In this document: positions 56,767-64,000 of the stretch, piece after piece
Numbering within the stretch: position 1 is the stretch's first letter
Layout of the letters: the number at the start of each line of letters is the position of its first letter
Origin: an uncultured Gammaproteobacteria bacterium
GTDB taxonomy: Bacteria; Patescibacteriota; Microgenomatia; UBA1406; GWC2-37-13
Direction of reading: 5' to 3'
NCBI GenBank assembly: GCA_964535635.1
Contig: CAZHVF010000001.1
Span: 6,508-70,507 of the forward strand
Length of the DNA: 64,000 bases
Position numbers and translations under genes: made by a program
Notes under the pieces: generated by a model
Databases searched by the model: none
Seen by the model: only the letters and a program-made list of their open reading frames with translations
Told to the model about the DNA's origin: nothing

Positions 56767-57578
56767 TGCAGTCTCAATCAGTAGCTCACGTACGCGCATT
56801 CATTTGGCAGTATTATCGGCAACATAAGCGATCGCTGTCCTGGAGAACAAGGATATCGCCATACCGTGTCTTCATTTCAGAGGTAATGCTACAACAAACA
56901 CAGGTTAGCCGCATCAAAGAGGCTTTTCCAGCGTTCCTCAAGCAGTTTCCAACCTTTCCGTCACTCGCTGCTGCGAAGCCGAGCGCGGTACTTCGAGCAT
57001 GGCAGGGCTTGGGATATAATCGTCGCGCACTGTACCTTCATCGCGCAGCACAGACGATCGTGAACGACTTTGCTGGCAGACTACCGAAGAATATCGCCGA
57101 CCTCGAGCGTCTCCCCGGTATTGGACCAGCGACCGCACGATCGATTGCGGTATTTGCGTGGAATCGACCTGAGATTTTTATCGAGACGAACATTCGAAGA
57201 GTCTGCATTCATCACTTTTTTCCCCGAAGCGAAACGGTAAGCGATCAGGAGCTACTCCCCTATCTCAAACGGTTAATTGATAAGAAGAACCCTCGGGAAT
57301 GGTACTACGCTATGATGGACTACGGAGCACACCTTTCGACTCAGGTTCCAAATCCAAATAGAAGAAGCAAGCACTACACAAAACAGTCTCGATTCCAAGG
57401 TTCTGACCGAGAACTGAGGGGCAACATCCTTCAGTTACTCCTTGAGAAACGATCGCTCAAAGAGTTAGCTGATCCACACAAACACGACGGTACCATGAAG
57501 CGACTCGATCGTATTCTTCAGGACCTAGAGAAGGAGGGCTTTATCAAAAAAGCTGGCAAGAGTTACACTCTTGTATAA
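56767..57578 (+). CDS. MutY-like HhH-GPD DNA glycosylase lacking Fe-S cluster cysteines and the NUDIX-like C-domain
   Basis: SPYRVFISEVMLQQTQVSRI, WQGLGYNRRALYLHRAA, LPGIGPATARSI. Only one Cys in the whole protein. Short winged-helix-like tail. ATG 56767 has TATACT 7 nt upstream. Confidence 0.75.
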
Positions 57579-57580
57579 TT

Positions 57581-57606
57581 ACTCCAATTAATTAAATAAT
57601 CGAAGT
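57581..57606. repeat. degenerate copy 3 of the 26-bp palindromic element (ACTCCAATT-AATTAAAT-AATCGAAGT)
   Basis: 23/26 identical to the core of the 51557-51586 palindrome. Lies 2 nt after the MutY-like stop. Confidence 0.4.
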
Positions 57607-57637
57607 GAAGCGAATAATAGAGAGGCGGAAACGGGCA

Positions 57638-58237
57638 ATGGAAATTAACCGGAGACTGAAAGAACTGTTTCCAAATGCACAGTGCGCGCTCCGGTATTCT
57701 CATCCGTGGGAGCTCCTTGTTGCGGTGATGTTATCCGCACAGTGCACCGATAAAAAAGTGAACGAGGTGACCGCCCAGCTCTTCAAAAAATATCCATCAT
57801 TCGCTGATTACCTCAGTGCAGATCCTAAAGAGTTTGAACAAGATATATTCTCGACCGGTTTCTATCGAGCCAAAGCGAAGCATATTCTTGCAACGGCTCA
57901 AAAGATTCACGCTGAGTTTCACGATACGGTTCCACGAAGTATGAAGGAGCTCGTTACCCTCCCGGGTGTCGCGCGAAAGACCGCGAATGTGGTGCTTGGT
58001 AACGCCTATGGAGTCGTTGAAGGGATTGCGGTAGATACGCATGTCATGCGCCTCTCTTTTATGCTCGGACTCACCAAACATCATGACCCTGTTAAAATCG
58101 AACAAGATCTTATGAAGCTCCTTCCGCAGTCTGAATGGCTATCGTTTACCTACCGTCTCATTGAGTATGGCAGAACATACTGTAGTGCGAAGAAACACAA
58201 TCATGCACAATGTCCACTCTCGATGATGACGCTCTAA
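57638..58237 (+). CDS. nth: endonuclease III (HhH-GPD) with incomplete Fe-S cysteine set
   Basis: ELLVAVMLSAQCTDKKVN, LPGVARKTANVVLG, VDTHVMRL. The C-terminus has only C-x10-C (YCSAKKHNHAQCPL) instead of C-x6-C-x2-C-x5-C. Start is ATG 57638 or GTG 57605. Confidence 0.85.
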   Translation: MEINRRLKELFPNAQCALRYSHPWELLVAVMLSAQCTDKKVNEVTAQLFKKYPSFADYLSADPKEFEQDIFSTGFYRAKAKHILATAQKIHAEFHDTVPRSMKELVTLPGVARKTANVVLGNAYGVVEGIAVDTHVMRLSFMLGLTKHHDPVKIEQDLMKLLPQSEWLSFTYRLIEYGRTYCSAKKHNHAQCPLSMMTL

Positions 58238-59508
58238 ATCTCATAGAATGGTATCTGCATTTTTCGCTCTGGTTTTTTCTTAATCATTCTGTTCTTGTCA
58301 AACAGCTTACTTCCAAAGTCAACCTTACCATTTGCTATACCTACTAGATCTTGATCGATGAGATCATATAACTTCTTGACGCGCTCCTCCTTTGCAGGCT
58401 CGAAATTGAAAAGACCTTGTTGCACAACCTGTGCATCCTGTAGATCGGAAATAGTACATCCTGTCGCTCGATAAGATACTCCGTCCTCATAGATGCGGTC
58501 GAAACCCTTCATAAGCTCTTCACGTATGAGGAGTGGTAAATTGGTTTTCTGCTGGAGGGAGACCTCGGTTGCGCGATAGGTGAATCGCTGTGTTTTGAGG
58601 AAAATATAGACCTTACCAACAACGTAACGAAGACTCCTCGCCTTTTCAAATGCATCCTCAACGTGATACATGAGCTTCGAAAATAACATGCTTCGATCGT
58701 TGGTAGCCGGTGAGAATGTCTGCGTGCGTGAAATTGATTTATAACTCTCTTTCTGTGAAGTGTTGAGTTTATAGATATGTTCACCTCGTAGTTCGTGCCA
58801 AATCTCACGGTATGGTCGAGCGATATTTTTGTTCATAAAAAAATGCTCAGATTGATTGGCGAAGTCGAGGGCGGTTTGTATGCCAAGTTTGTTAAGATGT
58901 GCGGTTGTCTGCTGTCCAATCCCCCAAACCTCACTGACAGGAATCTTTGACAGAAACTCTGGAATCGATCTTCCCGGCACCATCGTAATCCCCTCAGGCT
59001 TCTGGTGTCCAGATGCGAGTTTTGCAAGCGACTTTGTGAGCGATATTCCGACTGACACCGTAATCTGAAGCTCGGCCTTCACTCGTGCCGCAATTGCGGA
59101 GCCAATTTCTTGATAGCTCATTCGGAGCGGTCTACGCATCCCCTTAATATCGAGGAATCCTTCGTCTACTGAGTAGACCTCAACCTCGGGAGAAAACTGT
59201 CGGGCGATCTCAAACATCTTCTTTGAGTACAGACCAAAAAGCTCGAAGTCCGACTCCACAAAGATTGCGTCTGGAACCAACTTCTTGATCTCAGAACTGA
59301 GCATTCCTCTTCGCGCTCCTTTTCTTTTCGCCTCATATGAAAGTGCGGTGGCAAGCCCACGCTCTCGACCCACGATGACCGGCCTTCCACGGAGTGATGG
59401 ATGGGCAGACTGCATAACTGAAGCAAAAAAGGCATCGGCATCCATATGGAGAATAACGTTCTGCCAAGAATATATTGGTGCCCACGGCGCATTCTGAGAA
59501 GAAACCAT
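58234..59508 (-). CDS. dinB: Y-family DNA polymerase IV
   Basis: ILHMDADAFFASV, VYSVDEGFLD, little-finger C-terminal region. ATG 59508 is preferred: TTGCAA(59545-40)-N18-TATACT(59521-16)-N7-ATG. The ORF-track start 59529 lies inside the operator. Confidence 0.9.
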   Translation of the reverse strand: MVSSQNAPWAPIYSWQNVILHMDADAFFASVMQSAHPSLRGRPVIVGRERGLATALSYEAKRKGARRGMLSSEIKKLVPDAIFVESDFELFGLYSKKMFEIARQFSPEVEVYSVDEGFLDIKGMRRPLRMSYQEIGSAIAARVKAELQITVSVGISLTKSLAKLASGHQKPEGITMVPGRSIPEFLSKIPVSEVWGIGQQTTAHLNKLGIQTALDFANQSEHFFMNKNIARPYREIWHELRGEHIYKLNTSQKESYKSISRTQTFSPATNDRSMLFSKLMYHVEDAFEKARSLRYVVGKVYIFLKTQRFTYRATEVSLQQKTNLPLLIREELMKGFDRIYEDGVSYRATGCTISDLQDAQVVQQGLFNFEPAKEERVKKLYDLIDQDLVGIANGKVDFGSKLFDKNRMIKKKPERKMQIPFYEI

Positions 59509-59518
59509 GAAGTTCAGT

Positions 59519-59540
59519 ATAGTGAACATTCGTTCACTAT
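59519..59540. promoter_or_regulatory. LexA (Cheo/DinR-type) box 1: ATAGTGAAC-ATTC-GTTCACTAT
   Basis: 9-bp perfect inverted arms containing GAAC-N4-GTTC. Occupies the spacer between the -35 and -10 of the dinB promoter. Confidence 0.6.
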
Positions 59541-59553
59541 TGCAACTGCAAAT

Positions 59554-59569
59554 GTGAACGCTAGTTCAC
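59554..59569. promoter_or_regulatory. LexA (Cheo/DinR-type) box 2: GTGAAC-GCTA-GTTCAC
   Basis: 6-bp perfect inverted arms, GAAC-N4-GTTC. Lies 9 nt upstream of the dinB -35 and 19 nt upstream of the divergent -35. Confidence 0.55.
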
Positions 59570-59624
59570 CATTTAATTTTGTGCTTTTTTGACTTTGAAT
59601 TGAATCCTAACTATTATTAATAGT

Positions 59625-59951
59625 ATGGATGAACTGAATAAGCTAACTGAGCAGATTGAATATATATTTTTAAAAAAGATCATCCAACATCTTCAAGACG
59701 ATTCTTATACGATTCCCCGAGCAAAACAGCTAGCAATTGATTTTCTAGCTCTCCAGCCATTTATATCTGCACAGGACGCAAAAGAGAAAATATCGCTATT
59801 CATCGAGAAAAATAACGATTTTTCGGACTTAATCGACCTTGTTACCTCATTTCATATCGAACAAAAAACAGCAGAGGTCATAGAACGAATGAAATCGTAT
59901 CTGAAAACAGATAGAATAGATGAGGCAATTACTATAGCAAAACAACAGTAA
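59625..59951 (+). CDS. hypothetical helical protein
   Basis: 108 aa, AT-rich coding sequence. Textbook TTGACT-N17-TATTAT-N7-ATG arrangement upstream (59589-59627). Confidence 0.6.
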   Translation: MDELNKLTEQIEYIFLKKIIQHLQDDSYTIPRAKQLAIDFLALQPFISAQDAKEKISLFIEKNNDFSDLIDLVTSFHIEQKTAEVIERMKSYLKTDRIDEAITIAKQQ

Positions 59952-59953
59952 TT

Positions 59954-61021
59954 ATGTCACCGCTTATTGATGCTCTTGCAGCAATTCCAAAAGCCGTTGT
60001 TGCAACTCCAAAAGTCGTGGAGGTCGCCGCTGCAGTTCCAAAGGTAGCAGAAGTTGCGAAGGTTGCGACGGCACCACAGGCACTTGCAGGGGGTTTAGAA
60101 GCTGGACTTGGAACGCCTCACTCTACTCTTGGACACCTAGCAACGTTAAAGGAAGGACAACTCCCTCCACCGACTCCTGGAACTACTCCTGCAGCATTAG
60201 AATCTCCCATATCACCCACTACACCACTAGGCGCTGAAAAACGCCCATCCGCTCAGCAAAGTACTACCGACAGCACAACCGAAAGCAAAAAAACCGCGAA
60301 TACAGACGAAGTAGCAAGCGTTCCTACATCCGAACAACAAACCCTGACTCCAGGCGAATCGGAAGAACTCGCGGGCATTATGAAGGCGACTGCAGAGTCA
60401 GACCTACAAATTAAGAATAGGACGAATGAACGTATGACCGACTGGGACAACAACAATCCTATGCCTGATCCGGCCACTGAGTCTGCAAAATTCAATGATT
60501 GGAATGCACAGCGAGCAGATGCTCTCTCGCGCTCACATTTGGAAGCTTCTATTGACAATGCACTTGCTCAATGGGATACATCAAATCCTATGCCTGACAG
60601 ATCGAAAGACATCGATAAGTTTAATGAATGGACGAAAAAGCGCGCAGAGATTAGAGAGAGAGTTCGTTCAGAGCTAGATACAGGTGAAGCCAATGAAAAG
60701 GGGGTCAAGCAGGAGCAGGGTGAATCCACTACTGAGATTATGAAAAAAGTGAAAAGACTCAAAGACTTAAATATACTGCGCAGCGATCTCATTCAATCGA
60801 TTGCAATCCTTCAGAGTCGAACTGTACTTGATAACGATGCTAAACTTCAGCTAACCGAGTACCGACTAAAAAAAGACCAATATGAAACTGAGATACACCT
60901 CCTCGAACAGCAACTCACTGGCCAAGTTGCCCGAGCGCCGCTTTCCAAAAAACTTCTGATCATCGCGGCACTTGCGGCGGCTCCGATCTTAGCTGCGGGC
61001 GCACAGGCAGCAAAGGGTTAA
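59954..61021 (+). CDS. hypothetical tail-anchored protein with PK-repeat N-terminus, disordered S/T/P region, duplicated W-D-x2-N-P-M-P-D motif and coiled coil
   Basis: 355 aa. AIPKAVVATPKVVEVAAAVPKVAEVAKVA; TDWDNNNPMPDPATESAKFNDWNAQRAD and AQWDTSNPMPDRSKDIDKFNEWTKKRAE; C-terminal LLIIAALAAAPILAAGAQAAKG. Confidence 0.65.
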   Translation: MSPLIDALAAIPKAVVATPKVVEVAAAVPKVAEVAKVATAPQALAGGLEAGLGTPHSTLGHLATLKEGQLPPPTPGTTPAALESPISPTTPLGAEKRPSAQQSTTDSTTESKKTANTDEVASVPTSEQQTLTPGESEELAGIMKATAESDLQIKNRTNERMTDWDNNNPMPDPATESAKFNDWNAQRADALSRSHLEASIDNALAQWDTSNPMPDRSKDIDKFNEWTKKRAEIRERVRSELDTGEANEKGVKQEQGESTTEIMKKVKRLKDLNILRSDLIQSIAILQSRTVLDNDAKLQLTEYRLKKDQYETEIHLLEQQLTGQVARAPLSKKLLIIAALAAAPILAAGAQAAKG

Positions 61022-61024
61022 TGC

Positions 61025-61663
61025 TTAATAGCGCTTTTCGATTGGAGTGACGACTCCGTTTTCAATGAAGAGGTACTGTGAGAGACCGTAGTTATTGAAG
61101 CCACCGTTGATATAGTGATTCTCAAGATCGACCTCAGCATAGTGTGTGTGTCCTGTGATGAGATATTCATTCGCCTTATACTCTCCCCGTATCTTTCGCT
61201 TAATTCTGTCATTGAATCGCTTGTATGCGAATCGAATGAAGGTTTTCCCCATAACACGGAAGACCGCATCTTCAATATATTCAAGGATGTGACGCATCGG
61301 AGCAGACAGATCGGGAAAACGAATGAGACGATTCCCATGCTCTACAACATATCTATTCTTCCCTGATACGAACTCGTATCGATCTCCTTGTTCTACAGAA
61401 AAAAGTGCGACGCGTTTATCGGAGAGTCGCTTTGGGTCGTGGTTACCAAACAGATATACTGTTTTTTTCTTCTTCAATAGCGGGAAAAGCTCAGTTGCCC
61501 ATCGAGAGTTTGTAAATTGTTCGAATGTGCCGGCAAACCCCTCCCAAAAATCACCGTTAATAATAACCCGATCGGCTCGTGTGATAGCATCTTTCAGAAT
61601 CTGAAACTTTGCTGGTTCAAAGGTGGGAGTGAGGTGAGTATCTGAGAAGATAAGATAGCGCAT
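61025..61663 (-). CDS. calcineurin-like metallophosphoesterase
   Basis: IFSDTHL, INGDFWE, GNHD, GHTH motifs. The ATG overlaps the fusA stop (TAATG). Confidence 0.85.
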   Translation of the reverse strand: MRYLIFSDTHLTPTFEPAKFQILKDAITRADRVIINGDFWEGFAGTFEQFTNSRWATELFPLLKKKKTVYLFGNHDPKRLSDKRVALFSVEQGDRYEFVSGKNRYVVEHGNRLIRFPDLSAPMRHILEYIEDAVFRVMGKTFIRFAYKRFNDRIKRKIRGEYKANEYLITGHTHYAEVDLENHYINGGFNNYGLSQYLFIENGVVTPIEKRY

Positions 61664-63756
61664 TATTTTTCCTGAAGCGCCTTCACAATATTCTGAGGAA
61701 CCTCTTCATAGTGTGAGGGCTCAATGTATGGAATACCTCGTCCTTCGGTCAAAGATCGGAGGGTGGTGACATATCCCGACAGTTCTGCGAGTGGTGCAAA
61801 CGCCTTGATAACGGTCACCTTTCCTTTTTTGTCAGTTCCAAGAATCTTTCCTCGCTTACTGGACAGATCACCAATGACGGTTCCCATAAACTCATCCGGT
61901 ACCGTAACCTCCATCTTCATAATTGGCTCCAAAAGCACGAGTCCGGAGTTCTTGGCGCCGTCCTGGAGTGCCATCGATCCTGCGATCTTAAACGCAATAT
62001 CAGAAGAATCGACGTCGTGATAACTTCCGTCATACAGAGTCACCTGCATATCTACCATCGGATATCCAAGCAGTACACCCTTTTCCATCGCCTCGATCAC
62101 ACCCTTTTCAATTGGTGGAATAAACTCAGCGGGAATAGAACCTCCCTTAATGGCGTTAATAAACTTAAATCCTTCTCCACGACCAAGCGGTGCGAGTCTG
62201 ATAAGACAGTGCCCATACTGACCACGTCCTCCCGACTGCTTAATGTACTTTGCCTCCGCCTGACCTTCTTTAGAGATAGTTTCTTTGTATGCTACCTGTG
62301 GCTTTCCAACATTCGCATCCATTCCCATTTCTCGTCGCATACGGTCTACAAGAATCTCAAGGTGAAGCTCACCCATACCCGACATGATTGTCTGTCCGGT
62401 TTCGTGATTAATCTTTACCTTAAAGGTTGGATCTTCGTCCGAAAGGCGCTGAAGAGCAAAGGCAAGCTTTTCTTGATCTGCCTTCGTCTTTGGCTCGATT
62501 GCGAGCGAAATAACTGGCTCAGCGAAGGTGATCTTCTCCAATAGAATTGGATCTTCTTTTTGTGTTAATGTGTCTCCGGTAATACATTCCTTTGGTCCGA
62601 CCAATGCAACGATTTCACCAGCATAGGCCTTATCAATTTCTTCTCGATTGTTTGCATGCATGAGGAGTAGTCGACTTACGCGCTCCTGCTTACCCGTGTT
62701 GACGTCATAGACATATGATCCCGCGGTTAGAGTTCCTGAGTAAATGCGAGTATAGGTAATCTTTCCGACATGAGGGTCGAGTTGGATCTTGAATGCGAGC
62801 GCTGAGAACTTTTCGTCCGATGTCAGTTGTCTTTTTTCTTCTTCACCCGTCTTTGGGTTTGTACCAGCTACTTCTTTCAAATCCTGTGGTGATGGAAGAT
62901 AGTCGACAATTGCATCGAGTACCGGCTGTACGCCTTTATTTCGAAGCGAGGTTCCGCAGTAGACGGGAATCAGTTTGTATCCGATAACTGCAGCTCGAAG
63001 TGCTTTCTTCAGCTCTTCAATTGTGATCTCCGCACCACTTAAGAACTTTTCCAGTAGCGCATCGTCTGTCTCTGCAACCTTTTCAAAGAGCTTTGCTCTC
63101 CATTCTTCAACCTTCGCTTTGTAATCTTCCGGAACATCGGTTTCGGTATACTTCGTACCCTGTGCATCCTGGTCCCAGATCAATGCTTTTCTCGAGAGAA
63201 GATCGATTACTCCCTTAAATTCATCTTCTTTTCCGATTGGATATACCATTACGACTGGGTGGGCGCCGAGGCGATCCTCGATCTCCTGTGTAGTGCCTTC
63301 AAAATCGGCTCCAAGCTTATCCATTTTGTTGATAAAACAGATTCGTGGAACTCGATACTTATCCGCCTGTCTCCAGACTGTTTCCGACTGACTCTGAACT
63401 CCCTCTTCTGCGTCAAAGACGATGACTCCTCCATCGAGTACACGAAGAGATCGCTCAACCTCTGCGGTAAAGTCAACGTGACCGGGGGTATCGATAATAT
63501 TGATACGAACATCCTTCCAGAATGTCGTAGTTGCAGCAGAAACGATCGTAATACCTCGTTCACGCTCCTGTGGCATCCAGTCCATCTGTGTATCACCATC
63601 ATCAATATCTCCAATCTTGTAGGATCGACCGGTATAGAAGAGGATACGTTCGGTTGTTGTAGTCTTTCCTGAGTCAATGTGCGCGATGATACCCACATTT
63701 CTAATCTTGTCGAGTGGGACATTGCGGTCTTTTGTGATGATGCTTTGCTGTGCCAT
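61663..63756 (-). CDS. fusA: translation elongation factor G
   Basis: AHIDSGKTT, DTPGHVDF, NKMD, full five-domain length (697 aa). Downstream of rpsG. Confidence 0.97.
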   Translation of the reverse strand: MAQQSIITKDRNVPLDKIRNVGIIAHIDSGKTTTTERILFYTGRSYKIGDIDDGDTQMDWMPQERERGITIVSAATTTFWKDVRINIIDTPGHVDFTAEVERSLRVLDGGVIVFDAEEGVQSQSETVWRQADKYRVPRICFINKMDKLGADFEGTTQEIEDRLGAHPVVMVYPIGKEDEFKGVIDLLSRKALIWDQDAQGTKYTETDVPEDYKAKVEEWRAKLFEKVAETDDALLEKFLSGAEITIEELKKALRAAVIGYKLIPVYCGTSLRNKGVQPVLDAIVDYLPSPQDLKEVAGTNPKTGEEEKRQLTSDEKFSALAFKIQLDPHVGKITYTRIYSGTLTAGSYVYDVNTGKQERVSRLLLMHANNREEIDKAYAGEIVALVGPKECITGDTLTQKEDPILLEKITFAEPVISLAIEPKTKADQEKLAFALQRLSDEDPTFKVKINHETGQTIMSGMGELHLEILVDRMRREMGMDANVGKPQVAYKETISKEGQAEAKYIKQSGGRGQYGHCLIRLAPLGRGEGFKFINAIKGGSIPAEFIPPIEKGVIEAMEKGVLLGYPMVDMQVTLYDGSYHDVDSSDIAFKIAGSMALQDGAKNSGLVLLEPIMKMEVTVPDEFMGTVIGDLSSKRGKILGTDKKGKVTVIKAFAPLAELSGYVTTLRSLTEGRGIPYIEPSHYEEVPQNIVKALQEK

Positions 63757-63839
63757 ATCTGAAATGCGATTGTTCTATCGCGAAACCTGTATCTCAAGAA
63801 CGACTTGCGGTACAAGCTACACGGTACAATCCGATGGGG

Positions 63840-64000
63840 TTACCACTTAAGGTGAGCGAATGCTTTATTCGCCTCAGCAAGCTTTTCGGTCTGAGCTTTC
63901 TTCGTCACTGCGTTACCAAGATTTTGCGCTGCTTCAGATAATTCTACATGAAGCTTGTTTGCAAATGTTTTATATTCTTTATTTGATCGCGTTTGAGCTG
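63840..64000 (-). CDS. rpsG: 30S ribosomal protein S7 (C-terminal part; 5' end outside window)
   Basis: Reverse translation ends ...AEANKAFAHLKW-stop, the conserved S7 C-terminus. str-operon order rpsG-fusA. Confidence 0.85.
   Translation of the reverse strand, partial: AQTRSNKEYKTFANKLHVELSEAAQNLGNAVTKKAQTEKLAEANKAFAHLKW

Noticed and set aside
61025-61665. Metallophosphoesterase gene overlapping the fusA stop (TAATG), as a possible novel str-operon member
   Set aside because: The overlap is real, but such a generic phosphoesterase appended to a ribosomal operon is most simply explained by genome compaction. Nothing in the sequence suggests a specific new function.
63249-63815. 188-aa - strand ORF in another frame over the 5' part of fusA
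   Set aside because: It lies fully inside the EF-G coding region, whose frame is unambiguous (G-domain motifs).

Overview
This 64-kb window looks like a gene-dense bacterial chromosome segment with about 70 CDS and 8 tRNAs. I saw no rRNA, CRISPR array, transposase or integrase. My guess is a Patescibacteria/CPR-like organism. That is inference from gene content and style only: many polytopic GT-C glycosyltransferases, a PilM-like protein, trimmed-down housekeeping proteins, and TGA used as a stop with RF2 present. Housekeeping content: rpsG(partial)-fusA, dnaG-rpoD, groES-groEL, prfB, ftsE-ftsX, purA, uppP, radC, two HhH-GPD glycosylases and dinB. There is also a csoR-copA-copZ copper operon, NUDIX/MazG house-cleaning enzymes and a MacAB-like ABC exporter. 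Accessory content, in order of interest: (1) at 48.2-51.0 kb, three tandem paralogous secreted proteins share an unrecognised ~95-aa six-cysteine module, downstream of a PilM-like/LytR_C fusion; (2) at 16.7-21.1 kb, an AT-richer patch holds a 1,272-aa orphan protein directly downstream of the MacAB-like exporter; (3) at 24.0-42.7 kb, a glycosylation supercluster holds eight GT-C-like membrane enzymes, five GT2, one GT4 and a Wzx flippase; (4) at 59.6-61.0 kb, an AT-rich two-gene orphan island. Regulatory signals read directly from the sequence: two GAAC-N4-GTTC (LexA/Cheo-type) boxes on the dinB promoter; a CCCCTAGGGG CsoR-type operator on the cop promoter; a degenerate CIRCE-like element near groES; and a 26-30-bp palindromic element present three times. 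TATAAT-like boxes also recur 6-9 nt upstream of ATG codons and of tRNA +1 positions, which suggests leaderless transcripts. Two tRNAs look unusual: tRNA-Tyr with a C1:G72 pair and tRNA-Ile(UAU). All family calls come from motif recognition by eye. No searches were run.
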